Positions 27,291-36,089 of a stretch of DNA of 38,614 bases are shown here, one piece after another. The DNA lies in the IMG/VR virus record IMGVR_UViG_3300037044_000207, positions 1 through 38,614 of that record. One strand, written 5' to 3'. The position numbers were made by a program, and so were the translations under genes. The notes below the pieces were generated by a model. It made no database searches, was not told where the DNA came from, and saw only the letters and a list, made by a program, of their open reading frames with translations. Source of the stretch: a virus (taxonomy: Duplodnaviria; Caudoviricetes). How positions within the stretch are numbered: position 1 is the first letter of the stretch; each line of letters starts with the position of its first letter.

Positions 27291-27359
27291 ATGTGCATTA
27301 CCTTCTTTCTGATCCTTGGCCTTGGCTGGGCACTCAGCCTGCTGCTGTCCAGGTCCTAA
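27291..27359 (+). CDS. Putative 22-aa hydrophobic peptide
   Basis: MCITFFLILGLGWALSLLLSRS* fills the gap between the endolysin and the terminator. Confidence 0.4.
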   Translation: MCITFFLILGLGWALSLLLSRS

Positions 27360-27401
27360 AAACGAAGCCCCCACCGATTTTTTCGGTGGGGGCTTTTGTT
27401 T
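27358..27401. terminator. Bidirectional intrinsic terminator
   Basis: 13-bp perfect stem AAGCCCCCACCGA/TCGGTGGGGGCTT between convergent genes. Confidence 0.88.
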
Positions 27402-27612
27402 AGGGCTGCTGTGATTTAGCAGGCGGCTCATCTTCCTCGATGAGGGGGAAAAGCCGTTCGTCAATGATGTCGAGCAGCATAATCATGCCCTCGTGGGTGA
27501 GCGCATCCGGGCTGCGGTCGGGGCTGCTCATGGCAGCGCGGCCAAGCTGGATGAGTGGCCGGATTTCAAAGGCTTCTAAAGGCCGGGCGGTGGAGGCGGG
27601 TTGTTTGCTCAT
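27400..27612 (-). CDS. Hypothetical protein coupled to the antirepressor-like gene
   Basis: ATGA overlap with the upstream ORF; ends at the terminator. Confidence 0.6.
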   Translation of the reverse strand: MSKQPASTARPLEAFEIRPLIQLGRAAMSSPDRSPDALTHEGMIMLLDIIDERLFPLIEEDEPPAKSQQP

Positions 27613-28163
27613 TTCAGGTTACCCCCTTTCCCGCCAAACGGCAGTTCAAGTTGAATGGATGGGATGCTGAGGTCGGGCATCAGTTTGCGTACCAGGGCAG
27701 TGCGTACTTCCTTGTCGTCCACCAGGGCCACGAGGCTGAGCAGCTCTACAAGTCGGGTCTGCGTAAGGCGATTGTGATTGCGTCGCGTGGATTCAGGCAG
27801 TTGAATCTTCGGTGCGGTAACCGATAAGATAATTTGCTCTGACCAATCCCGGAACATTTTGGCTCGCTCCGATTTGATGAAAAAGCCAAGTCGAATTACA
27901 CCTGCTTTTGTCCAATACAATATGGACCGTTTCTGGCTGGAGTCGGAAAACCCGACTCCAGAAACAAAGTGTACGCCTTCCTTCAATTCATCCTTGTGGT
28001 AAGACAGCGTAGAATGAATTGTGTTCCTCGCCACCCCGTAGCCATTGGCTACATCTGTGGTGGCCATCAGCCATTCGTAGGAGTTCTCCTGAATGACCAT
28101 CACCTCAATGTCGCCAAACTTTTGAGGTGTCGCGTTTCCGCTGTTGATTTGAACCTTTTGCAT
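27609..28163 (-). CDS. Antirepressor-like DNA-binding protein (BRO-N/ORF6N-like)
   Basis: LMATTDVANGYGV...ELKEGVHF...WTKAGVIRLGFFIKSERAKMFRDW; ATG at 28163. Confidence 0.75.
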   Translation of the reverse strand: MQKVQINSGNATPQKFGDIEVMVIQENSYEWLMATTDVANGYGVARNTIHSTLSYHKDELKEGVHFVSGVGFSDSSQKRSILYWTKAGVIRLGFFIKSERAKMFRDWSEQIILSVTAPKIQLPESTRRNHNRLTQTRLVELLSLVALVDDKEVRTALVRKLMPDLSIPSIQLELPFGGKGGNLK

Positions 28164-28188
28164 TCGCAATTTAAAAGGTTGCAGGCAT

Positions 28189-28359
28189 AAAAAAGCCCTG
28201 TCAGGACGTTGCGAACACACCGAACTGCGGAGCAGAAAGGAGGTCAAGGAGCCTCACGGCTTCCTTCGTCTGACAGGGTGTTTTAAGCCCTAATTAAGAA
28301 ACTTGTTGTTTGAAATTGCCCCGCGAAGGACACTTTCGGTATGTTCGCGGGGCAAAGAT
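28189..28359 (-). promoter_or_regulatory. Structured leader / attenuator of the antirepressor
   Basis: CATCTTTG promoter-like element, three sets of inverted repeats, and a T-tract before the ATG. Confidence 0.6.
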
Positions 28360-28448
28360 GGGGGATACGGCGCATCATTTCAAAGAAAAAAGTGTCGGGT
28401 CTCTGACATTGAATGTTTTGCGGCCCAAGTTTTCTGCAAATACGAGTG

Positions 28449-28456
28449 TACTTTTG
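28449..28456 (+). promoter_or_regulatory. -7 promoter element for the moron gene
   Basis: TACTTTTG about 24 bp upstream of ATG 28480. Confidence 0.55.
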
Positions 28457-28479
28457 GTTTTCACAAAACAGCAGGAATT

Positions 28480-29307
28480 ATGAAAGAAGCCCTAAAATGG
28501 ATAGCGGGTTTGCTATTCTGTCTCGTCGCATTTACGACCCTGGCCCAAAAAGGTTTTGTCTCTTTTATTTTTTTCGCTATGGCCTCTGCCATCTGCATCC
28601 CCCCATTGCTCGAACTAATTCAGAAAAAACTAAAAAGGGAACTGCCCACATGGTCTAAGTATTCACTGGTCATTGGGTTTTGGATTTTAGGAGCCGTATT
28701 TTCCCCAGGTTTCAAAAAGACATCCGAGCCAAATCAAGCTGTTGCCAAAGCAGATTCAGCCTCAGTAGTAGTGAATGAACCTCAACAGGTCGAGCCTTCA
28801 AAAGCTGAACGCATAAAAACCGAACTGGAGTTTTTTAACAAGCCTTTTGATGAATCTCGATTTAGGGGAAATGCTCCAGCAATTGAAAGCGAAGCCATAT
28901 TATTTGCAATTTGGGAAGGTCATATAGTCAATGGCGAGCTTGACCCTGACCCAGAAGCGCAACGCTTGGCCTCTCAACTCAAGAAGAAAGTTATTGCATT
29001 CCAAATCAAAGAACTTCCAGTGATGCGAAAAATGTATGCAGAAGAAATGCGAAAGGTTTTGTGGGAAAACGACATTGACGTGAGTGTAGAAGGGAAATCA
29101 AGTACTATTTTGAACTTGACCGGGGGGAGTTTCGTCACAAACAAGAACATCAAAGCCGTTCAGGAGACTATAGCAAACAAACTGTACAATCTCAGATTTA
29201 AAACCGTTCGTTATCGTTGGTACAAGGGCTCTGATGAGTTTACTTATTATGACCTAGAGCCTCCTGCGGATTCTGATTTGGTTAGAGCAACAGCATTAAG
29301 ACAATAA
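28480..29307 (+). CDS. Membrane-anchored moron protein (2-3 N-terminal TMs plus soluble domain)
   Basis: Hydrophobic N-terminus, AT-richer codon use, opposite orientation to its neighbours. Confidence 0.75.
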   Translation: MKEALKWIAGLLFCLVAFTTLAQKGFVSFIFFAMASAICIPPLLELIQKKLKRELPTWSKYSLVIGFWILGAVFSPGFKKTSEPNQAVAKADSASVVVNEPQQVEPSKAERIKTELEFFNKPFDESRFRGNAPAIESEAILFAIWEGHIVNGELDPDPEAQRLASQLKKKVIAFQIKELPVMRKMYAEEMRKVLWENDIDVSVEGKSSTILNLTGGSFVTNKNIKAVQETIANKLYNLRFKTVRYRWYKGSDEFTYYDLEPPADSDLVRATALRQ

Positions 29308-29391
29308 CCACCAAAAAGACTACCAGCACGATCCTTGCACGACATACATACTTGGCGCGTGGGTAGTTGGAGTCGTCGAAATCGTACTGGT

Positions 29392-29646
29392 TCATTTTTC
29401 CAAAATCTGGAAAGTAATCCGCAGGCTGCCGGGTTTGATGCGCGGGTTTTTGAGGGTTTTAAATATCGCAGAAGCAAATTCATTAAGGGCATCCATTCCA
29501 GTTTCGTCATGGATCGAATTTATGAACGATGGTTGGTCAATGTACAGTTGTGTCGAGGAGTGCTCCAACTTCAAGTTTGGAGTAATGCGAAAACCCTTCC
29601 CCGTAAATTTTGCAATGACCTTTTTTTCTGTTTTTGACTTAGCCAT
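29392..29646 (-). CDS. Hypothetical basic protein
   Basis: MAKSKTEKK...; end of the leftward operon. Confidence 0.45.
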   Translation of the reverse strand: MAKSKTEKKVIAKFTGKGFRITPNLKLEHSSTQLYIDQPSFINSIHDETGMDALNEFASAIFKTLKNPRIKPGSLRITFQILEK

Positions 29647-29785
29647 AATCTTGAATTTTTGCAGCACAGGCAAGAATCGAACTTGCGCCAAAAAGGTCCC
29701 CATCGGAAACTGTGCTAACCACCATGATATTCGTGGATCATCTGTGGGTTTTAAAGACCCGCATCCGATCTATCAGTCTTGCAAT

Positions 29786-30331
29786 TCATGTGGTTGGCTG
29801 CTCCTTTCGCCATTGCCGGAAAAATCCGGCCAGAAGGGCGAGTACAGAGGCCATCCAAATCAGTCGTTCTCCCCATCCGCCACCGATCGTGGGCAGGACG
29901 GGCAGCATCAAATTATCAGGGCAGGGCTTGGTGATCCACAGCGTGTCCATCACGGTGATGGAAACTGGCACGGCGCGGTCGGGCAGCATCTTGGTGAGGG
30001 TGACGTACACGATACTATCCGTTTCCAATCCCGGAGGGCATGGGATAGAGTCGCGTATCTCCACCAACTCGCCAGCGATCATGAGGGTGTCTACCACTAC
30101 CTTGGAACTCAACAGAGAGTCGAGTTCCACCCAGGTAATGGTTTTGCCATCCAAGCCAAGTACCGGAAGCCAGGATATCGTATCCGGGCCTTCCTCAATC
30201 CATGGGCGGGCAGGCATGGCAGTGATTTTTGGCGAACATCCGGACAACAATGCCGAGAGGATGATCAGCCCGATGGCGCAGAAAAGTACGCCAAGTAGGA
30301 ACGTTGAGAGTTTGTTTAGTGCTTGTTTCAT
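29786..30331 (-). CDS. Lipoprotein with C-terminal TM (unimolecular spanin-like)
   Basis: Lipobox LSGC, beta-rich middle, C-terminal LIWMASVLALLAGFF plus basic tail. Confidence 0.6.
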   Translation of the reverse strand: MKQALNKLSTFLLGVLFCAIGLIILSALLSGCSPKITAMPARPWIEEGPDTISWLPVLGLDGKTITWVELDSLLSSKVVVDTLMIAGELVEIRDSIPCPPGLETDSIVYVTLTKMLPDRAVPVSITVMDTLWITKPCPDNLMLPVLPTIGGGWGERLIWMASVLALLAGFFRQWRKEQPTT

Positions 30332-30397
30332 GTGCTTAAAGTGAGCGCATCAGCGCGGTAAATAATACGATATGTAGCAGCCAGAGGAAGTGCGGGA

Positions 30398-30640
30398 CTA
30401 AAAGAGCGTAGGTTGTTTGCCTTTTTCGTACTCCTCGTCCAGCCTTCTTATTTCCAGATCTGGCCGCATGGCCAGTATCTCGTAAAACCGTGACTTGGAC
30501 ACCTTGAACCGTGGGTAGATGTGGCGTTCCCACACGAAGGAGCTGGGCTGGCCTTCTACCCAGACTTCGCGGTAGAAGTCCTGAATGTCCTTTGCGCGCC
30601 TCAGCGCGTTTAGTCTGCGATTGTATTCGATGTTTCTCAT
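30398..30640 (-). CDS. Small putative DNA-binding regulator
   Basis: VWERHIYPRFKVSKSRFYEIL HTH-like motif near the end of the early region. Confidence 0.65.
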   Translation of the reverse strand: MRNIEYNRRLNALRRAKDIQDFYREVWVEGQPSSFVWERHIYPRFKVSKSRFYEILAMRPDLEIRRLDEEYEKGKQPTLF

Positions 30641-30936
30641 CCACTTATTTGAAGTGTTTGTTTTCCGAACTTTTCCCGAAGCTCAATCAGTGTTACATCC
30701 CAAATCGGGTCATTGCGGAATTTTTGGTCCTGGGTCAAAATCGAACAGATGGCCCGGAACTGGCTCGGTTTGAGTTTTCGCTTGCGGCGCTGTGGGTATG
30801 TAAATGCCTCGAGGTTTTCAGCGTAAAACTCCATGAACACGATGCTTGCGAGTTCTTCCGTACCCTCGCCGTGGATGTACTCCGTGGCTATTTGGCCCAG
30901 GAGCTGCCAGTCTTGTTTTTCAATGATGACCTTCAT
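30637..30936 (-). CDS. Hypothetical protein
   Basis: ATGA overlaps at both ends. Confidence 0.7.
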   Translation of the reverse strand: MKVIIEKQDWQLLGQIATEYIHGEGTEELASIVFMEFYAENLEAFTYPQRRKRKLKPSQFRAICSILTQDQKFRNDPIWDVTLIELREKFGKQTLQISG

Positions 30937-31556
30937 AACTCCAGCTCGGTTTGTTGCCCACCTTTCGGGCTTTTATCCCAGATGACGAATGGTTTGTTGC
31001 CTCCGAATCGGCTACGCGGGTATGCCTTGAAATTGTGGACCTGAATTTTCACGTCGCACATGTAGGCTATTTGTTTTGCGTACTCGCCGCGCGGGTCTTT
31101 GCCGGACTGCCAGCAGATCACCACGAAGCATTTGCGCGGGTGGCGCTCGATCAGCGTTTTGAACTGCTCCGTGGTCAGGTTGATATAGTCACGGCTATCA
31201 ATGATGCACACTTGCGGGGCATTCTTGCCGCCCAGGCGTTCCAACATCTCCTCAAAAGACTCCTGGTTACCGAACACCACCCGTCCGGCCACCTCACCCA
31301 TGTCATTGCGCTTCAGGGCATCCTGGAGGGTTTTGCAAATGCCCTGCTCGTAGGAGTTGTAGTACACCTTTGTGAAACGAGCGACATACTTGGCGAACTT
31401 GATACAGAACTCCGTTTTGCCGTGCCCCGGGTGGCCCCAGATGATGACCTTCATGTTGCGTTCCGGCTCCCCGAAGGTGTCAGCCCAAGGACCATCAAAG
31501 GCGTGGGTGATGAACTTGCGTTCCAGGAAGTCTGTGATTCCGATGCTACGTGCCAT
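30933..31556 (-). CDS. RecA/KaiC-like P-loop ATPase
   Basis: Walker A GHPGHGKT, YNSYEQG, Walker B CIIDS, SRFGG. Confidence 0.85.
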   Translation of the reverse strand: MARSIGITDFLERKFITHAFDGPWADTFGEPERNMKVIIWGHPGHGKTEFCIKFAKYVARFTKVYYNSYEQGICKTLQDALKRNDMGEVAGRVVFGNQESFEEMLERLGGKNAPQVCIIDSRDYINLTTEQFKTLIERHPRKCFVVICWQSGKDPRGEYAKQIAYMCDVKIQVHNFKAYPRSRFGGNKPFVIWDKSPKGGQQTELEL

Positions 31557-31562
31557 AGTTGG

Positions 31563-31913
31563 TTATATTTTTTGGTCAAATCCGTACTTATTAGAAGTTG
31601 CATTGAACTTCTCACGTATTGCCTGCAAGAGATCAATTTTATAATCCATAGCGATGAGATCAACGCAGATAACGATGTCTGCAAGCTCATCCATTAGCTC
31701 CTGTTGTGTTGCTCTGCTGCCCTTCATTCCCATTCGCTCACGCTCCAGTTTCTTAATGATGTTGCAAGCTTCCCCAACTTCCCCAGCTAATTCACAAGCT
31801 CTGAAAGATGCAGAAGGTCGTGTGTTTGGATGGGACCAAGAGGCATCTCTTTGGAAATTGCCCTGCCTTAATAAGGCTAAGAATTCAGTCCTGCTTTCGT
31901 CTTTGAGTTCCAT
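31563..31913 (-). CDS. MazG-like nucleotide pyrophosphohydrolase
   Basis: ELAGEVGEACNIIKK...DELADIVI...IREKFN (ExxE...ExxD motif). Confidence 0.85.
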   Translation of the reverse strand: MELKDESRTEFLALLRQGNFQRDASWSHPNTRPSASFRACELAGEVGEACNIIKKLERERMGMKGSRATQQELMDELADIVICVDLIAMDYKIDLLQAIREKFNATSNKYGFDQKI

Positions 31914-31928
31914 ACCTATGTTTATTGG

Positions 31929-32231
31929 TTAAAATCTTACACTGTACACAGCTGAACTTTCTGTTATGTTGCTCACCATCGCCTCCAGTTCTGATACTTC
32001 TGTATCGAACTCCTCATTAATCTTTTCAATATTCTCCAAGAACGCCATGTATTCATCCCATGCTAGCCTTTCGGCTTTCATTGCTGCTTTTGTCTTAGCT
32101 GCCGCCGCTTTCAATTTTTTTGACAATTCATTGAGTTTATTGCTCGGGTTTTTCTTGAAAACCGCGTCATATTTTTCCAAAAACCTGACGGTACAATAGG
32201 ATCGAAGTGTTGTACTAAGTGGTGTTGCCAT
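31929..32231 (-). CDS. Hypothetical coiled-coil protein
   Basis: ORF in operon orientation. Confidence 0.6.
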   Translation of the reverse strand: MATPLSTTLRSYCTVRFLEKYDAVFKKNPSNKLNELSKKLKAAAAKTKAAMKAERLAWDEYMAFLENIEKINEEFDTEVSELEAMVSNITESSAVYSVRF

Positions 32232-32245
32232 GGAATTGATTGATT

Positions 32246-32449
32246 TTATGTAAGTATTGTCCAGCAGCCCATTTCCTCGTCAATAAGCCACCCCATTGCG
32301 CACATGGTCTCGGCTTCTTCTTCGGTCATTTGAAACAGAAGGTTTTGGCTGCCTGCCCATATTTGGTCATGATCTGCGGAGACATCGGTTCCCGGCTCAT
32401 ACTTCTCGATGATCTCAAGGCCCCGGAGTATTTGCGTTGTGGTTGCCAT
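32246..32449 (-). CDS. Small acidic hypothetical protein
   Basis: GLEIIEKY...SADHDQIWAG...MGW; in operon. Confidence 0.65.
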   Translation of the reverse strand: MATTTQILRGLEIIEKYEPGTDVSADHDQIWAGSQNLLFQMTEEEAETMCAMGWLIDEEMGCWTILT

Positions 32450-32452
32450 TGT

Positions 32453-32899
32453 TCAGTTATTGCGCGCCAGTTCGTTTTCGGCCTCGATCTTGTCCGATTT
32501 CCAGCGGATCACCGAGCGGAGGCGAACGGCGCAGTTTTTGAGTTCTTCCTCGGTCATTGCGTAGAGCACTTTCCCGGCTATTCTGGGTTGTTTTAGGTAG
32601 TTGTTTACCGCATCCCAGTTCCCTTTTTTGGGCTTTATGCCCAGGTCATCGAGCAGGGTCAAAACGGTCGAGCGAGCCTGGCGTACTTCCAGCGGCGCGT
32701 CTGTGGTTTTGCGCTTGCGCTCCACTGGTTTCAGGCCGTCAATGAGTTCATTCAGTTGGTAGCCATTCAGGTCGCGGATGCGCTCCACGCCGTAGCGGGA
32801 AAGGATGGCCTCCTTTTGTTGCATAAGCCCGCGCTCAACCAGAATGGCTGCGAGTAGCTTCCTTTTGGGAGCGAGCTGGTCCTTGGTTGTAGTGGCCAT
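32453..32899 (-). CDS. GemA/DUF1018-like protein
   Basis: SRYGVERIRDL...LNELI, RSTVLTLL, WDAVNNY...RIAGK; ATG at 32899; typical of the Mu semi-essential region. Confidence 0.6.
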   Translation of the reverse strand: MATTTKDQLAPKRKLLAAILVERGLMQQKEAILSRYGVERIRDLNGYQLNELIDGLKPVERKRKTTDAPLEVRQARSTVLTLLDDLGIKPKKGNWDAVNNYLKQPRIAGKVLYAMTEEELKNCAVRLRSVIRWKSDKIEAENELARNN

Positions 32900-32901
32900 G
32901 G

Positions 32902-33348
32902 CTATTTGATTTTGAACTCGTTGCGGAATCGTTCCTGTTTCAGGTACGTTTCGGGGTATAGCCGCTCCATCGCGGGGCGTTGTTTTAGATACTGATTGTA
33001 CTGCCGGATAGAGCGCAGGCACTTGATCCGGTCAGATTCAACGAGCGCGGTCCAGAGTTTAATAGCGCGGTCCTTGTTGCCAATTTTGTAGGCGTATGTT
33101 TCCCAAAACATGTTGAATGAAAGGTCTTTGGGGACCTCCTCAATGGTAATTGGGGTCTGAACCGACGACATGTCAATAAGCCCCTCTTTGAGGTAGGGAA
33201 TCCGCATGTAGCAAAAGGCTACGACTTCCTGTGTAAGGTCTTGATCCTCGAATTTCAATGCGCGTAATACGCCCAATTCATTGTATTCGACAACGAGGGA
33301 AATGGTGGCATGAATGCCTCGGAAAGTGATGGTATAACGGTCGTTCAT
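32902..33348 (-). CDS. Conserved hypothetical protein with replication-organiser-like C-terminal motif
   Basis: FNMFWETY..K...A..LW..L...YPETYLKQERF. Confidence 0.65.
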   Translation of the reverse strand: MNDRYTITFRGIHATISLVVEYNELGVLRALKFEDQDLTQEVVAFCYMRIPYLKEGLIDMSSVQTPITIEEVPKDLSFNMFWETYAYKIGNKDRAIKLWTALVESDRIKCLRSIRQYNQYLKQRPAMERLYPETYLKQERFRNEFKIK

Positions 33349-33587
33349 ATTTCAATGCAATTAGGTGAGTCACTTGGTGCCGGGTTTCCAGGCCCTGGCT
33401 GTTCGTCGTTGTGGTTTATTGGGGATTCGTTCTTTTTTGGATGGGTGATGATTTCAATTTGAATCAAGGGGCACAATAGGTCTTCCTCACAGTTGTATTC
33501 ATCTGGTTTGAAGGTGGTTCCGCAGGCTTTACAATGGATTAGCATGGCGTTTTTTGTTGGCCCTTGGACCATGTAAGCATGATCCAA
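33345..33587 (-). CDS. Small Cys-containing hypothetical protein
   Basis: CKAC...C....C; start uncertain. Confidence 0.4.
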   Translation of the reverse strand: MDHAYMVQGPTKNAMLIHCKACGTTFKPDEYNCEEDLLCPLIQIEIITHPKKNESPINHNDEQPGPGNPAPSDSPNCIEI

Positions 33588-33600
33588 GGGCGGTTTTCGG

Positions 33601-34023
33601 TTACTTTACTTTCCTGAAGGTCAGGTTGGAAACCAAATCAAAAGTCAAGCCGTGGGCTTTGAGCGTATTGGCAACCAGCGGGGTGCTGCTCATCGCGTAG
33701 TACATCTTCTCGGTGTCGAGGGTACTCGTGGACTTGACAAATTCAGGGAGTTCAGAGGTCAAAATTTCGACCACTCGCTTTTGGCCGTTTGGCGTGAGTT
33801 CGCCAAAGTTCAACTTTGGCTTAGCCTCCGATTCGGTCACGGTGTAAACCCCAAGGTCCTTGTCTCCAGTTTCTTTGACGTAGGCTTTCAGTTCCTCCTT
33901 GATCTGAGCGGCCTCTTCGGTTTTTGCTGCGATAGCCAAATCCAGATCGAGGAGCCTTTTTGCGTTTGCGAGTGCCAATTCGCGAGGCGTAAGTTGGACT
34001 GCGTTTGTTGTGCGTTTGGACAT
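33601..34023 (-). CDS. Hypothetical protein (Gam-like position)
   Basis: Coiled-coil N-terminus; C-terminal FVKS...LD...LKAHGL is reminiscent of Mu Gam. Confidence 0.6.
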   Translation of the reverse strand: MSKRTTNAVQLTPRELALANAKRLLDLDLAIAAKTEEAAQIKEELKAYVKETGDKDLGVYTVTESEAKPKLNFGELTPNGQKRVVEILTSELPEFVKSTSTLDTEKMYYAMSSTPLVANTLKAHGLTFDLVSNLTFRKVK

Positions 34024-34057
34024 TTTAAAAAGTGTTTGAATTTTGAAAAATCAACCT

Positions 34058-34261
34058 TTAGCGATACTTTGGAACTTCATACCAGCACGTCACCTCCTCG
34101 CGTTCGGCAGAATCTCCCATCCAATAGAACTTTTTGAACATCGCGTTCCAAAAGCCATAGCGTAAGTCGCCCCAGATGGTTAGAATCAAAATGTAGTTGC
34201 CACTTTCAGGAAGCGTTTCCGCTGGATCAATGGCGGTAAGTGTCAAGTTTAGATGTTCCAT
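34058..34261 (-). CDS. Small hypothetical protein (DUF551-like)
   Basis: ETLPE...ILI...VTCWYEVP. Confidence 0.6.
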   Translation of the reverse strand: MEHLNLTLTAIDPAETLPESGNYILILTIWGDLRYGFWNAMFKKFYWMGDSAEREEVTCWYEVPKYR

Positions 34262-34286
34262 GTCGCTGATTTTTATGTCCTGTTTA

Positions 34287-34312
34287 CCCGCCGTAGCCTG
34301 GGCGAAGGCGGG
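34287..34312. repeat. REP-like hairpin
   Basis: CCCGCC-GTAGCCTGGGCGAA-GGCGGG, intergenic. Confidence 0.5.
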
Positions 34313-34331
34313 GCTGTTTATTGTTTATGTT

Positions 34332-35264
34332 TTATGCTGCCTCGGCTTCCATAGCCGCCGAGTTCATTTGTTTGAGTAGTTCGCGTTGTACGGCCCGCTT
34401 CACCCGGCGCAGGTCTTCCACCACCAAATTGCTTTGGCGTTCCACCATCCGGTTGACCGGTTCGCATTCGTTGAAAATGGTTTTGATCGTTTCCTTATCT
34501 GTCACACCGTTGGCGATGCAGATTTGGGACACGTCCTGGAGCGTTGCGCCCACCAGGTTGATGAAGCGGCGACCAAAGCGAGAGAGTAGTTCCTCCGCTC
34601 CTTTTCGGTTGTAGCGCGCATCTGCCTGCATCTGTTTTGCCAGGTGATCGGTGCCAATTATGCACACGCCAAGGCGGTCTTCGCACTCATTAAAAAGCGT
34701 GATGAGGGTGCGGATTGCCGGGCCTTTGAGTTTGTCGGCCTCGTCGAGGATCAGGAGCGGGCGTTGTGCAGCTCGAACCTTAAAAAAGTCCGTGACGGCC
34801 ATCAAAAGGCTGTCCATGCTTTGTGCTTTGCTGCCGCTTTCGAGGCCCAGGCTTTGGGCCAGATTTTGTAGGAATTCCCGCTTTGCCCACTCACGGCAGG
34901 AGAGGGAAAAAACCGAGTTGCTGCGGTTGGCTGTTTCGTAGGCGGATTGCCCGGCAGTTTTGCCCGATCCGGCCCGGTGGCTTACGGCCATGAACAGGCT
35001 TTGCGCCTTTGCATTGTCGAGCACATGCTGAACGATGCGTGTGTTGGTAATTTCGGCCATCTGCCAGCCGGTGGGGCGATAGCCCAGGGCAGAGGCGACT
35101 TTAGTCCACATCGCAGAAGCGATGTTGTCCCAGTTTCCGGCGCGCATCTGGCTGATTGTGGCCGGGCTTACCGAGCATTTTTTTGAAACTTTTTCCTGTG
35201 ATCCGAGACGGTTGATTTCGACTTCTATGAGTTGAACAACCTCGTTTTTTTGCTGATTCGTCAT
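34332..35264 (-). CDS. Transposition AAA+ ATPase (MuB-like)
   Basis: N-terminal HTH (SQEKVSKKCSVSPATISQ), AGSGKT, LLILDEADKL, ELLSRFGR. Confidence 0.92.
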   Translation of the reverse strand: MTNQQKNEVVQLIEVEINRLGSQEKVSKKCSVSPATISQMRAGNWDNIASAMWTKVASALGYRPTGWQMAEITNTRIVQHVLDNAKAQSLFMAVSHRAGSGKTAGQSAYETANRSNSVFSLSCREWAKREFLQNLAQSLGLESGSKAQSMDSLLMAVTDFFKVRAAQRPLLILDEADKLKGPAIRTLITLFNECEDRLGVCIIGTDHLAKQMQADARYNRKGAEELLSRFGRRFINLVGATLQDVSQICIANGVTDKETIKTIFNECEPVNRMVERQSNLVVEDLRRVKRAVQRELLKQMNSAAMEAEAA

Positions 35265-35602
35265 GGCTGTGATTGATTTTTATCCTGCTGTTGCCTTGAT
35301 TTCGAGTGAAGCCGCCAATGCTGGCGGGTAAAAAAACTGGGGGGTGGATTATCCGCACTTGCAGCGTGTCGGGCTGGCGTTTTTATGGGCTACTCGCAAA
35401 GCGCTACGTACATTGAAGGTGGTGGTAGTGGGTAACTTCTGCGTACAGGGATGCTCATGTCATGTGTATTAGTGGTTTCAGCCTTTTAACTTCCGGGTGC
35501 CCCGCGCGAGTGAGCGTTATTGTGAGCGATCTATTCACAACCCGGCCAATGCCGCTTTTCATCCTGACCACAGTTAACCCCACATGGAGGGGCGTTAATT
35601 CG

Positions 35603-35968
35603 CTATTTCTGGACGATGCCCGGAGGGAAAAAAGCCTCCAATCTGCCTTTGTGACAAAGCGTGGTGGAGCCTGTAGCCACGTTCACCTCTACCCAACTGT
35701 CGCCGCAGAATTCAGCGCGGTACATGTCTGGTTCAGTCTGCGTCAGGATAGCCTGATAGGTAGATTGATGGTCATTGCCCGCGCTGTCAAAGCGTACGAT
35801 GGTGACCTGGCTGGCTTGGATATTTAAAACGAACTCAGCCATTTCTGGATAAGCTGCCAATACCGTGAACTCGCCGACTGCGATGTTGGTGGGCGCACCG
35901 GGGGAAATTTGCCCGATGGCTGGCCATACGGCCATAAGAATCAGGATTGTGAATAAAAACTCTTTCAT
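35603..35968 (-). CDS. Secreted hypothetical protein
   Basis: Signal peptide MKEFLFTILILMAVWPAIG|Q. Confidence 0.65.
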   Translation of the reverse strand: MKEFLFTILILMAVWPAIGQISPGAPTNIAVGEFTVLAAYPEMAEFVLNIQASQVTIVRFDSAGNDHQSTYQAILTQTEPDMYRAEFCGDSWVEVNVATGSTTLCHKGRLEAFFPPGIVQK

Positions 35969-35996
35969 TGTGTGATGAATTTGTGATGAAAAATTG

Positions 35997-36063
35997 AAGT
36001 GCGCACGGGACTAGAACCCGCCCCCGAAGATTATGAGCCTCCAAGGCTACCAGCGACGCACTT
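35997..36063 (-). tRNA. tRNA-Met(CAT)-like element with truncated D-arm
   Basis: Acceptor AGTGCGT/GCGCACT, anticodon arm GGAGG-CTCATAA-TCTTC, T-arm GCGGG-TTCTAGT-CCCGT; no encoded CCA. Confidence 0.55.
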
Positions 36064-36089
36064 GCCTGGAAAAACACCTGTCACCTCTG

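Noticed and set aside
29435-30344. Overlapping 287-aa and 210-aa plus-strand ORFs
   Set aside because: They overlap the lipoprotein gene, which has a clear lipobox/TM architecture and operon orientation; no recognisable motifs.
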